64,000 nt of DNA from Moniliella sp. 'wahieum' (Eukaryota), in assembly GCA_003971905.1 (NCBI GenBank), contig RSEE01000005.1:620001-684000 (forward strand). The letters are read 5' to 3'. The position numbers and the translations under genes are program-made. The notes below the pieces were generated by a model that was not told where the DNA came from, did no database searches, and saw only the letters and a program-made list of their open reading frames with translations. Positions 38,079-51,388 of this stretch are shown piece after piece (the stretch's first letter is position 1; each line of letters opens with the position of its first letter).

Positions 38079-38776
38079 GCCCTTGCTTCTAAGTCCTTCC
38101 TTTCAAGCACTTCCTTCTAAGCCCTCCCTTTAAGCCTTCCCTCTTTTCCCCTTCCCCCGCCGCCGCTTCCCTTCGGTGCATCCTCCCCTCCGGACCTTGA
38201 ACCCACCCCCCACACTTGTTTCTTTGCTTCGTCCCCGTTCGCCTCATTCGTATCATTGATCCCACCCCCTGCTCTAGAGGTACCCAATGCTATGATAGTC
38301 CCTCTTTTTCCTAATGATGGTTTGCTATCACGGGGCTGGGACAAGCCGCATGACGGGATGATGGTTCGTCCTCATCATGTGTGCGTCGGCGGCGTCGATA
38401 GTGTGCAGTTGCGCCGCTGTCACCATGTCCCCATGGAGGCCAGGAGCGTGCGATGGAAGCTCCATGAGCAGTCGGTGTAACCTAGATGTGTTTGTATGAC
38501 TGAACGTGTACTCATATGAAGATGAAAATATGGAGACCCGAAATGGAGATGGGCAAACCAGGCTGTTAAGAATCACTATTATTCGGCTCATGCTATGCTG
38601 CTCCGGTTGCTGGGGAACGGGAGCGGCATGATGCGACGAGGACAGGTCACAACACCTACGACATAACTGGCGGCAAACGTCAAAATGGACTGTAGAGGAC
38701 GGTTGGGGATATACACGGAACATGGGCATTCATGTTTAAAATAGTCGAGGCACAACTAAGCCGGGAAAAGACAAGT

Positions 38777-39431
38777 TTAGTGCTTCGAGAAGTAGGCCGA
38801 CGCGTTCTTGGTGTCAATCGTGTCGGCGCCCTTCTGCCAGCCAGCCGGGCAGACCTCACCGTGCTCGGCAGTGAACTGGAAGGCCTCGAGGAGACGGAGA
38901 GTCTCCTGCACGTTGCGGCCAACGGGGGCGTTGTTGATGGTGGCGTGCTGGATGATACCCTGGGGGTCAATGATGAAGGTACCACGGAGGGCAATGCCCT
39001 GGTCGGGAAGCAGCACGTCGTAGTCGCGCGACAGGCTGTGGTTCGTGTCCGCCACGAGCGCCACGTTCTTCGACGCACCGCCCAGACCACCGTCCGAGGT
39101 CTTAGCCTGGTCCAGGCGAGCTGGGTGAACTCCGAGTCGGTCGAGGCGTAGAGGAGCTCAGCGTTGAGGTCCTTGAACGCCTTGCCCTCTGCACCAAAGC
39201 TCACAATCTCAGTGGGGCACACAAAGGTGTAGGCCATGGGGTAGAACTGCGCGCGCATAGGCAGGGTTAGCAATCAGCGTCGGGGACTCAGATAAGGGCA
39301 GAGCGCAAACATACCGAGAGCACGGTCCACTTGCCGGCCTTGAGGTTCTTCTCGAGGGAAACCTCCGAGAGCTGGCCATCGATGACGGCAGCCTTGGTGA
39401 AGAGGGGGGCCTTGGATCCGACGAGAGGCAT
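38777..39431 (-). CDS. Typical 2-Cys peroxiredoxin (Tsa1/AhpC family)
   Basis: FYPMAYTFVCPTEI (peroxidatic Cys), GGLG, ALRGTFIIDP, VGRNVQE, HGEVCPAGW (resolving Cys), terminal YF. Intron 39247-39314. Confidence 0.95.
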
Positions 39432-42400
39432 GGTAACGCAGGAGAGACAGACGGGAGAAAGGGTGGGGGGAAGGCAAGCAGGCGAGGAATGCAGGACGGT
39501 GGTTTTATAGCTGGCGCGCCGAAGGCTTTCGAAGAACGCAGCCACGGCAGGGCGCTTGTGCTGCACTGCTGAAGGTGGGCCTCACGCTTCAGCCAGGCAG
39601 GCCGGTGGGTGATCTGAGACGGAAGAGCAGCACGCGTCGGGCCAGGCGGCCCACACGGGCGCCGTGCCGGATGCGGGCCCGGCGGGGGCTGTCTGCGTCT
39701 GCGGTCGGCCATCGGCGCCATGTCAGCTGTCTGGCCCGCTGACGTGGCCTGCGTCGAGCGCAAGCATAGGCACAGCGCCAAAGGCTCACGCGCCCCCGCG
39801 CCCCGCGCTAGGGTTGGGCCAGCAGGGCGTTGCCGAACGTTTCTCGAGTGTCGCCGCAACCGGCAACCCATGTTCGGTGCGTGACGCGTGACGCATGATA
39901 CGTGACGCGTCGACGGCCTTCGATAGGCACGGGAAGCGGCCAGGTGGGCTCGGTTCAACTATCACAATTCACATGCACAACTCCAAAGCGCCAGGCGGCA
40001 AAACAGAGCAGTCTCCCGGGGTGGTCCGTGCATCAGCCATGCTCATCCATTCGCGTCCCGCCGCCTGTGCCAAATCCCGCCGGAGGGTGCGATGCGCCAG
40101 CAGGCGCCCCAGCCGCTGCACCAGCGGCCTACCCAGGCGCTCCTTCTGTAGCCTACCTCGCCCGGCGTTTGGTTTCGGGCTTCCAGCTTCAACTCAACAC
40201 GAGCGTTTTCCAGCCGCTCCAACGTCCAACTTGCGGTTCAAGCTGTACGTTCAAGACGTTCAAGCTACCCTAACCCTACCGCCCACCGCTTCAAGCTGAA
40301 AGCTTCAAGCTTCAAGGCTTGCGCTGTGAAACGATCCTGAAATAGGCATGTCAGCGGAGCCTCAGCTCAGCGCACGCCGCAGGAATCTCTCTATCTCGCA
40401 AGGCACGCTTCTGCCGAGCACAAGAGCCCGACACGCCGATTTATCACGCGTTGCCATGGAGGGCCCCCCGATCAGATAGGCATCCCGATCGCATCTATAT
40501 TTGCACCAACTCGATCCAACCTCTAAGCCCTCGACGTCCGCAACGGCCTCAACCATGATGCATGACTCAACAGAAGGAAGGCTTCGCCCCGGTTCAATTC
40601 CGACGACCTCCTCGCCCCACACTCTCGTACGCGGAGAGCTTTTCTCAGCCCTTATCGATTATCGATTTTCAGGGTCATTTAATCCACAACAAAGAACTGA
40701 ACACCGGCCGAACCCAAACCGGTGCACATTTATATACTCCAGTGTGTGTTGGTGAACGTCGGGCTATATCGCCAGTACGCATTATACCAGTCGTTGTGGG
40801 GGAAAGCCAAACAGCGTCTGATGCTGAGGCGGCTCGACCTTATAGTGGCCAGATTGAGATTGAAGGCGGGATGGCCTGATGGACAATGAGCGCAAACAAG
40901 CTGATCGAAGGCGTCTTCTTCTAGTAGAGAGTGCATGGAGGGAACAGAGAAAGAAACTATGCGGTACGGCTTACTGGTCATCCATGAGTGCTCCAACCGA
41001 AACATCCGCAAGGTGGGGGTTGAGCACATGAAGAATACACGCGGACGGGAAGAAAGGCAAGGATATGAATAGGCTACCGAGAGATAGCCTATATAATCTG
41101 GAGGATCAGGTATGGAGAGAGGCGGACCGCACCTACAGAGACTCGATCGGATATGACGAGAGAGGCCCAAGTTTTTGCGTACCAGAAAGAGGTGGTGCAC
41201 CACAAGCGACCACAACGCGCATGTGAAACGCCGGGAGGAGAGCCGCGACGACTGTTGGAGCAGGGGCACACTCAAGACACGTTCTTCTCTCTCTGACCAT
41301 GTGACGATAAACAAGGGTACTATGCCACCATATCAAACGAAAGTCAACAAGATATTCGAGCACTGTTGGAGGAACTTACCTGTATGCCTACCATACTCGT
41401 TCGTAGTCACTGACGCTACATCCGGTTTGGGGGTGAATATAGCTGAGAAGAAAGCCACAGTGAGTTCTGACCTGCTGGTCACACCAGTGGTCTCCTGATT
41501 GTGGGATGGCCCGAGAGCGATAGCAACACGCGCGCCGGATGAGCGGGCCTTGTAGGCGCAACGGTTCTTTGTCCCTACACTGTCTCAAGAGTTTGTACAA
41601 ATGCTATTAGTATAACTAGAACAGAGGTGGTAAAGTGGGCATAAAAGGGGGATATATATTGACCCAGAGGGACAGAAAAACGGGATGGGAGGTTCACAGA
41701 GGAGCGATAGGATGAGGATTAGGGGTCGCATTAATGAGCGAAGCAAATCAGCGCAAGAGGGAAGAGAAAGAGATGACACGCAGAGGCTCTGTGCGGGAAC
41801 GGTCTTCCTATCTTTATCAACGGTTGTCTACACTACAACGAATTCATTTTCATTCTCCAACGACTGCATCCATTGTTTCCCCTTTAGTCTCTGTCCGTGT
41901 CAAAAGATCATGGTTTTCCCCTATACCATAGTAAGCGGCTCCGCCTCCTTCTACAATTGATCAATCCATCAGGCCCATCAGGTGGCTTATTCCTCTTCTA
42001 CTCTGTGGCAGAGGGTAGTGTGCCGTTGCCTCTTTCCCAAAAACCCCAAGTCCAGAAATGGCTTCATACATGACCGTACTCCCCATGTTGTGGTGCATAC
42101 GCAACCGTAATAGTAGCTACCGCCGCCTTTCTGCAGAAGTCTCATCTTTTGACCCTAGCGCTCCTCGGATCTACCGCCACAGGCCCACGAAACGGAATGA
42201 CCATCTCGCCTGAGTCAACCCTTCTGAAATCCAAGGGATTGTATCCTTTATCAGCCCCGCGTTGGCCCCGAGATTGGGATCTGCCCATGACATGCAGAAG
42301 TGGGGCAAAAAAAGATCGATAAAAGCATTTTTGGCAGAAACACGCTACTACGTGTGCATGGGGAAATTGGTACACACAGGTACAAGAACATCAGGAGTCA

Positions 42401-45400
42401 ATTTCTTGGTGATGACTATACTACCGACTGTGTACATATACTTTTGACTGTACACCCACAGGCACCTGCCTCTTGCGATTTTCATATACGGTGGACGGAA
42501 TTCCCACAATGCAGAATGTATTGTACCATGTAACTAACTGTCCGCAATGACTGAAATAGCCTCGACGGATTGAATGAGCAAGGGATATTATCGATGAACG
42601 CGACAAAGAAGTACTAATGTGTGGTTTAATGCATGTTGAAGACTTTTTGACGGATCAGTCCTCAGGAATGACGGTGTGGGCCTATTAACCACAATGTGTA
42701 TTATTGGACAATCAGCGAATGACGAGAGCAACTGAAGGCTCAGGCTGCTGTATGTGACTGTATTGCAAAAAGGATTACACGAATGCGTGTGGTTATAGAG
42801 TGGCTCGCCACGGAAGAAACACAAGTATCAAAGGAAAAGCATGTATATAATACTCGTGTCCTTCAATTGACAAAGAGATGAAGCTGAAGCGATGAACCCG
42901 TTGACATGCTAAATCAGTCAGCAACGATCAAGTTCGAACATCAAAAGTATTCTACACATCCGATTCTCGGTTCTCCCGGTCCGTCCGGTGTATGTTGTTG
43001 CGAAAGTCAACACGGTGTTTTACTGCCTCTTCCATCACAACCCCTGTTCGCCCTACTCCGCTCCTCATTTTCCCCATATAGCGGATCATGCCCACAGCCC
43101 GCAACCTTTTCTTTCTTCTCTTGTTCCTCATGTATTTTTTCTTTTATTCGACATCCTCTCTTTCGACTATTCCTCTTTTTCCTCCTGATGCACAACCTAT
43201 ATACTTACTTTTATATGATCGACCTACTAATCCGAACAGAATCCTCGGTCTCTCACTCCTATACATCAAGTCTCAGTCTTTTGAATGTATCCTATTCGCG
43301 ATCCGTGTTGGGGAGGTGTGGATGCGCTCACACTGAGGGGACTGCATGGCTAAAAAGATGTATTGCCGCGCGAACACTGGCTTTTGTTGTGTGGAGTGTA
43401 TGATCTTTTTCCGTACAAACGCATTCCCCACACATCCAACGGAAAACCGGTGTGAGTTCGGTATATACTTCTCCGCAAGTCTCCAATCACCCCTCATCAG
43501 AGAGGTGGTGACGCCATTCGAACTACATTATGAGCGTGTGGGGAAGGGGAACGCTCGAAATGAAATGCAACAGAGGACGGCGAGAACCCGGAAACGACTG
43601 TAAGCATGTGTTTCATCATTGTCTTCTATATTCGAAGTTAAACAAGAGACAAGTGGCATCCCCACAACAAAAGCTGTGTATTGATTTACAGAAAGCGGAT
43701 GATAAAATGAGAAGATCGTGCACGTATATGCTAAGCTGTATAGCCGGATGAGGAGTCGGTTTAGGTGCAACGTTCAACTCTTTGTCCCAGCCTTAAGCCT
43801 ACAATATGGGTCCCTGGGGGTGATCTATAATGAGCGGGACGCAACGCAGTCTATCATCATGGTACCGCAAGCTCACCGGCCTGAAACGCATAATATTAGG
43901 AACGGGGGGGAAGCAGCAAGGGAAACCGAGGACTGTATCACACAACCACTACAGTGTCTGTAAATTGCTCAGTACGCAGTTGGCTACAGTTCGCACATTC
44001 ACGGAGTGGGTAAACGCATAGTCAATACTGACGAGACCGGCGTTAAACGTTAAGATATATCTGTACTACAGCTTATTTAGGATTGCGCACCAAGTGTCTA
44101 ACCTTTTAGCTCAGTCCTTCCTGACTACATAGTCGTGTTTGTTGCCTCCCTGTGGCAGTGAATATAGTGGCATGGTATTTTGCGTGAGTTTGTTACAAAC
44201 GGGGCGGGAAATACGTATACACCTTCATTAACGTTTAACCTCAGGCTTCAGGGCTGAAGCTGAAGCCTCACTACTGGAGTATAGTTGTAGTCATCTAAGA
44301 GTAAATCGGTTTCCTGTAAGATCTAAGACCCCAGTGAGATCTAATACATCATTAAGTGTTCACATGTGTGGGTTGCTGCGCTTGCCGACACGTGTGTCTG
44401 CCACGCACGGCCCCATATGCATTCTGAGTATGTTGGACGTTGGCGTAGAACGTTGAGCGAGGCGAACTCTCACATATAACTCTGCAGGTGAGGGGCGTAG
44501 CTTCAATAAGTATATGGCACCCAATGCTGTTGCAATACGCGGTTGTGGCTCTTCTATACGTTGGGGGCTGCGGTCATGAATCCGGATACAGACGATCCCT
44601 CAGCTAATCTCGTAAGCAAGAGGGGAAATGAACTCTCCAAACCGCGGCTTCTATACTCTCTTTCAAGTATATCACCGAAAGGTATACGCCGATTCCAATA
44701 AGATATCCCACTCAGTAGTCTATATTTGCATGTTTTGGAGAGAGTGAGATCAAAGAGGGATAAAAACATGACTCTCTGGAAGTTGCCTGGGGTTGGTAAG
44801 GTGGAGCGAACACCCCGCCCCTGTCATCGCACATATCTTTTCGTTGAGTGAGAGTATATACGTTACTGTGCTGCATATGCGGTTCTTCACGATGAACAGT
44901 AGGGCCTCTCGTAACATGCACTAGTCCCCCGTCTGGCACGAGTTTTTCCGAGCCATGATCATGTTACAGGTTAACAACCACAATCATCTTAATGGCAATG
45001 CCACTCTCGTTGGTTTTGGTGCGGGTCCCCTGTTTGCGCGGACTCCCTGGCGTCAGAGAAATTCGAATGTTTTGGAGTCTCTGTTCTTGCTACCATTGGC
45101 TCTATCAGCTTGTATTAAAGAACGGTTGTACACGTTATCATAGCAGAGGGACAGTCGGGCTTCAAGCTTCACTTAGGAGGACGGTGGACACCGTGTATAA
45201 TAACTCACAGGAGTCTCTCTCCGTGATCGCGCTCTGCACACTTCTCTGAAACCGAGGACTATACTGGAAAAGTAGTCATTGGGAGATGTGATGCCCGACG
45301 AATTTCGTCCTAGCTGGCGGGCGGGCGATAGACGGCGAACCAGACTGGCTGACTGGCTGGCCGCCAGTAGAGCCCGAGCCAGCGCCTGTTGCGGCAACTT

Positions 45401-46132
45401 GGGGAGGATGATCGATTGAGGCCGAGGTGGGAGAAACCCCCCAAGCATCATGACATCATCATCCATCTGTGATCACCCTCTGGCCATGTGCCCCGCTTCA
45501 CGCTTCAAGCGTCATCCTTCAAGTCTATCCGTCACGCGTCATATTCACACATCATCCATTGCGTACGCAGTATCATCGATCCATCATCGATCACTCCTTC
45601 TCTCCTCACATACTGGAGGGAAGCCGCTCTTCGCAGCTCCAGCTCTTCCAATACCGAATACTGACTAGGGGGCTTCGGCCCTCCTCCTGACTAGTGGATA
45701 CGCTGAATTGCGACATGTAGCGGCTGGGTGGGGGGCGCGTCGCTTTGCCTACCATCATCATCAGTGCCACCGCCGGACGCAAGCACGCGTGTAGCAACGG
45801 AAGCGAGCACAACAGCAGGCCACGAAAGAGTTTCTCCCATTTGGTGTGCCGTGTTGCCCTCTCTCCGCAGGCGACCTATCACCACGAGACCCTTGGTTTA
45901 GGCCGGCTGGCCCATTCTCGCAGCTTCACTTCGTGTGTGGGAAGCTAACACGCCATCTCGTTAAGCTGCCACTGCCACATCCCGCACCGCTTCTTAGCCT
46001 CGCTCTCCTTGGCTCTCGCCTAACCGCCCTTCCGTCCCTCTTCCTCTTTCTCAGCCCGCCTCGTTTGGGAACCTCACCACTGTGCGCAGTGGATTCCATC
46101 GACCCGATTCCATCGCAATCCTCACTGCATGC

Positions 46133-47563
46133 AGTACGGCAACGAATCCACTCCTCATCATCTGGTCACTACCGCTATTGGGCCCAACGTTACATCTTCC
46201 GGGAACGCCATGACCGACGACCCTCGCCGGTTTGAATATCCTAGCGTGGCACGCCCGCAGCCTCTACAGCAGTCCCAGTTATCCGCCCCCAACTCCTCGG
46301 TGCCCTATGGTGTTACCCACTACGCTTCTTCGTCTAGCAGACCAGGTTACTTTGACTCCAACGGCGTCCACTACTCGGCCAGCCAACAGGTCCCAGTTGG
46401 CCCCGATGGCCGCTTGTTACTTCAGTCCCAAATTTCTCCCATTACCCAGACTGGCCAAGCAAGCGGACTTACAATGACTGCGCCATCCCCAGCAGCAAAC
46501 ATATCAACAGCAACACAAGCCCAAGGGTCATCTTGGGGCTCTATGACCATGGGTCCAACAGGTACCGGTACGTTTTTCCTCCTCCTCTCTTGTCTACCTT
46601 TCGTTCTTTTCTTTTGCTCCTGCAGCACAGAAGCTGATTTGTTCCCTGTACCCAGTGACCGGGCTGATTCCTTCCCAAACCAATGCGCCTCCGCTGGTGG
46701 GCGACTCAGGAACAGTGTACCCTCGCCCCCCCTTGGAGGGGATGGTAGGTCACCGCTCCTCTCATTCCACCTTGGGTGAGCGCCCGTATTCCTCGGAAGA
46801 CAGTCTGGCCCCAGCATCGGGGCTAAGAGGAAGCATCGGGGCGGCAAGTGGGTCGGCTCGCCGGTCCAACGATACGTTGGGTGCCTCGTCCTTGGCCACA
46901 GATGCCCACCGTGCAAGGTCCTGCGGAACCAGCGCAGTCCACCAGTCTCAATCAGACTCTCTGTCCCGGAGTGACAGTGATCCGAGCTCACAAAAAGCCG
47001 GCAATGCATCTGTCGCTTTGGGCGTGCCCATCTTTGTTGGCGACATTGTCACCCGCACAATCCGCGGGCGACGCAAGCGCCCGATTCCCCAAGACCCCAG
47101 CAAGCTGACTCAGATCGATGCCCCCATCCCAGCGCGGCGCAAGATGTTCAAAGTGCCGTCCAACCAGGAAAGAGCGAACGAAGAGGGCGGCAATTCAGAC
47201 GCTGAGAAGGGGGGAATGCAGCTCCAACGCGGGTCGAAGCGCAAGTACAAATCGACCGAGACCGTCGACGCGTTGGAAGCCCAACGGATCCGGAATACCT
47301 TGGCCGCACGGCGCCATCGCCTCCACAAGGCCCAACAATGGCGGGAGATGCAAGTCCAGCTGGACACTCTTCGAGCTCGGAACCAGGAGCTGGAAGGATC
47401 GTACGCTGGACTCGACAAGCAGCGCTTGCGGGACGAGAATGCGAGCTTGCGCCAAAAAGGCGTGGCGCTCGAGTATGAGTTGCATATGCTCAGACTTAGA
47501 AACCAAAGCCTTCAAGGCGAGCTCAGCCGTTCTTCTGAAGCTCGGCGGAACATGCCATACTAG
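46133..47563 (+). CDS. bZIP transcription factor (Gcn4/ATF-like basic region); start approximate
   Basis: QRIRNTLAARRHRLHK followed by long Leu heptads; probable intron at ~46569-46655. Confidence 0.75.
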
Positions 47564-48891
47564 AACGAACACCTTTCTTCTTCCGGGAATCACCTATCCA
47601 AACGAGATGAGTGGGTAGGTGGCTCGTATATTTACACTCGCCGCGTGTGCACCCTCCCCCCCTCGCCCTCTCTCCTCCCAAAGTTGTTGATCCAAAAGGC
47701 AAGACAAAAGTTTCAACTACACGTGGAGCTAGCCTTTCTCTTGACCCCTCCTCACCCCCCTCTCTCCACCTCCTCTCCGCGTTCTTCAACCGACGATTAA
47801 GCGTACGTGAACTTCCCACCCTGCATGATGAAGTGTTGCCTGAGTTGACATATATTGACTCTACTGTGTTCGGATTGGACCAGAGCCATCCTCGCTTCTG
47901 CTTCTCTCCTCCTTCGACCTATACATGTAAAATAAACTATTTCCGGGATTCGTTTTCCCGACGGTTCTGTTCCCACTTTTTTTTTACAATTATCACCCCC
48001 CCCCCGCCGTTTCTCCCTTCCCCCTCTGTCGCGCGTGGCTAATACCTCGCGCAACCCTTGTGGGTTTGAGCTTGAAACCGCCGGTATCGTCGGACTCGCC
48101 CCGGACTCCGTTCAGCCCAAACCCTCCCACTGTATCGTCTCGTATCCTATTCTGTTTAGTATCTTTCGCATCAGAGAAGGCTCACTGTGGAACGTGTGGT
48201 GATCGACGCGGCGCATTTATACACTGTGTAGTCAAGAGCGCGGGACCCGGGTCGTCTCCTTTTTGTTTGTGTACTTTGATCTGTTTCGTGTGCTTCCTCT
48301 TTTCCGGGCGGGCCTTTAGGATCTTCGACCTTTCTTCTTATTCATGAGTCACTCTGCGAGTCTGAGATGGGTCCTCCACACTTATTTTTTGGTCGGCCGC
48401 TGGATAGTGTATCTGTGGTCTCTCCGTCACTTTGATCTGTTTTTCTTCTGAATACCAGTAGTAGTAGTGGGGAGGAATCAGCATAGGTGTGTCCACAATA
48501 GGGAAAACATACGGTAATGTTGCAGTGACTTGGGAGTGTGCCACTCTCCAGGTGAATCCAGCTATGGTATAGAGTACTGACATGATGCATGATAGAGGAT
48601 ATCTGGTCTGAGAGAGAAGGATGAGGCCACTTTGTCCTGCCAAAACACTATTGGAAGAAAGGGTGCGCTTGTGAACCTCTCAGAGCGGATTGAGTCACCC
48701 GGCGTGCATCTAGAAGTATCGACTAGCCGCTTTTCGTTTCGGTGGCGGTGTTGGTGAACGAAAGACACTTCCAAAAGCTACACGAACATTTCAATGGGCT
48801 TACGGCCCGGTCAGCGCTGGGGCACCGTCGCCACCGTAGCCACACCGTTCCACCGTTCCACCGGTCCACGCTGGAACCAGTCCACGCTGGA

Positions 48892-49767
48892 TGTCACGGG
48901 CGGGCGCCGCCAGGGGCCCGCCCTGGGGTTTTTGGGGTACAATCCCTTAGGCGACGGTAGGTCGACTCACGGTAGTTTCGGGCTTAGGCTGGTTGGTGTG
49001 TCCGAGCGGAGCTAGGGACGAGGAGAGGCCTTTGGTGGGGCGGCTGCACGTGTGGCAAGGCTGCGTCTGCACCGGCTTGGGCCGTAGTAACGTGTCTGAA
49101 GCCTCCGGGACTTAGGGACGGGGAGGAGCGGCGGACAAACACTGCCTTAACTGAGACTGGGAATCGCCGCGACCGAAGGAGGGCTCGCGCGATTGGACTG
49201 ACGAAGGGCTGGAGGACGAGGTCGGAGGAGAAGTCGGACGCTAACAAGAAGAGCTGCCTGTACTGGATCAATTGGCTGGAAACGGGCAGGAGTCGGACAG
49301 GATGGGCGGGAAAGGGACGAAGGTGGAGACGAGAGATGACGAGAGGATGACGAGAGGATGACGAGAGGATGACGAGAATGGAAGGTGGGGGAAAAGATCC
49401 CCATCAACCAGGGGTACAGGCAGGATCAAAAGGGAAACGGATACAAGAGGGGGTGTAGAAAGGAAGACATGTCAAAAGCGGGGTTGGTCGCCGCAGGCGC
49501 GACCGAGAAAGGAAACGGAAACGGGGACGGGACGGCAGATGCCGCCACGGCACTGGAAGCTCGGTGGCCTTATTTAGGCCGGCCGACTTGGACTTGGGCG
49601 GGGGGCGACTATTGTCGCGCGGAGCATGGCCCTTCGGCCACGATACTTGATTTAGCCAACCATCATCACACTTGGTTGGCCTGCGGAGCACGCTCTACTG
49701 GGCATGTGCGGAGCAGGCGGGCCTTAGCTTGGGTCGGACCATCTCGTGTCCGCCGCAGCCCGTGACA
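48892..49767 (-). repeat. 3' LTR (876 bp)
   Basis: TG...CA ends with a 10-bp terminal inverted repeat; nearly identical to 51389-52265; contains ~4 copies of 11-bp GAGAGGATGAC. Confidence 0.92.
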
Positions 49768-50007
49768 TTACGCTCCTCTTCACAAGGCGTGTCCGCACGC
49801 CTTCCATGGATGGGCTTCCCTCTCTCCCAACAACGGGGGAGGGGGTGAAGGAGTGTACGCTTACCCGTGCGCACATCTCTCCTTTCCACGGTAAAGCAAT
49901 CGCGAGGTATGCCCTTTTCTCCTTCGGTCTTGGGGCATACGATCGGCGTCAAGCTCCTTCCTGCGCGCGAGCAAACTTTGAACGGGGACTGGGTACTTGG
50001 ATACTTG

Positions 50008-50265
50008 GCACGCCCCTCCTTCCTTCGAGCGTCGGGGGTGCGAGTCAAACTCTTCTCATTCGCACGCCCCTCCTTCCTTCGGGCGTCGGGGGCGCGAGTC
50101 AAACTCTTCTCATTCGCACGCCCCTCCTTCCTTCGAGCGTCGGGGGCGCGAGTCAAACTCTTCTCATTCGCACGCCCCTCCTTCCTTCGAGCGTCGGGGG
50201 CGCGAGTCAAACTCTTCTCATTCGCACGCCCCTCCTTCCTTCGGGCGTCGGGGGTGCGAGTCAAA
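50008..50265. repeat. 54-bp tandem repeat, ~4.8 copies
   Basis: Unit GCACGCCCCTCCTTCCTTCG(A/G)GCGTCGGGGG(T/C)GCGAGTCAAACTCTTCTCATTC, visible as 18-aa repeats in the ORF track. Confidence 0.95.
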
Positions 50266-51388
50266 GCCATCTTGAGAGCAGAGAAACCAAGGGGTAGAGG
50301 CGCTGTTGGCCCGCCGGCTAATGCTCGCCTCCTTTGAGACTTGGGGGAGAGTACAAGCTCCGCTGGCCCGCCTGCCAACGTTCGCTCGCACGAATACCAG
50401 GGCTTGATGTGGACTAGAAGGGGATCGGCGCGCTCCGCTGGCCTGCCTGCCAGCGTTCGTCCGTCGCATCACGCTCCCCTTCACAAGGCATGCCCACATG
50501 CCTACTTGGTAGGATAAACACGGTAATTGGGCTTGCAGCCGTCGCCTCGCCTTATGGCGACCGGCGCTCCCACGCCCCATCCTCCTTATGCGCGTCCGCG
50601 CGCATCTCCTGGGCCTCCTCCCTCTCCGAGGGGGGGGGACAGGAGTTAACCATCGAGAAAGAAGGAATAGAGCAACCGAAATTGACGTCGCGGACGAAGA
50701 TCCTGAAAAAAAAATTCGCCTTGAGCTGTTGAAAACCGTCGCGAGCGTCCGAGGGTCTTGAGTGTTCGAGGGTTGGACCTCACTTGGAGACGATGAGCTG
50801 GGGTCGAAACCGGTTGGCCATCAGGCCAGGCTCGAGTCGTCTATCGGGAAGGGAATGAAAATCACCTCGCGCGGGGACTTGGAGGGTAGAGCAGCCGGGT
50901 GAACGCGAGCGTCTTGAATCGTACGCCGACTGGTACTGCTTGATGCGCGAGTGGTGGTGATGGAAAGCAACCAATCCGGGCGCGCTATTGGACGCGACCC
51001 AGAAACAGAAACAAACGAACCGAGGATAAAGTTTCAAGGCCGTTCGAATTTGAAGCGGCAACGAGGGCAAGAAGCTGGCCAAGCATCAGAGCCATCGGGA
51101 GCCGGGGAAACCATCGGGGGTGCAACGATTGGGGAGGGCCATCCAGGGCCTCGTCGCAACGGAGGGAAAAAGCGGGAAAAGGGAAGAGCGCCTTGACATC
51201 GGGGACGACGAACGGGGGATGCGCTCAAGGACTGAGGGTGAAAAACGGGGAGGGGCATGTCTGCCCAACGGGAGGGGGAAACGGGAATGGGGAAACGGGC
51301 CGACGACTTGCGCAGGCTTGAAAAGGGACCAGCCCAAAATAACGACGAACCTTGGGGACCTGCCTTGGGAACCCCGGACCTTCCATTA

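Noticed and set aside
233..39431. Thioredoxin, peroxiredoxin, SDH4 and GLT1 as a redox gene cluster
   Set aside because: They are spread over 39 kb among unrelated genes, with no evidence of co-regulation.
50008..50265. CRISPR-like array
   Set aside because: Units are contiguous with no unique spacers, there are no cas genes, and the context is eukaryotic.
49695..50378. 227-aa repeat ORF as a real protein
   Set aside because: The 54-bp period keeps several frames open on both strands; there is no ATG start or recognisable domain.
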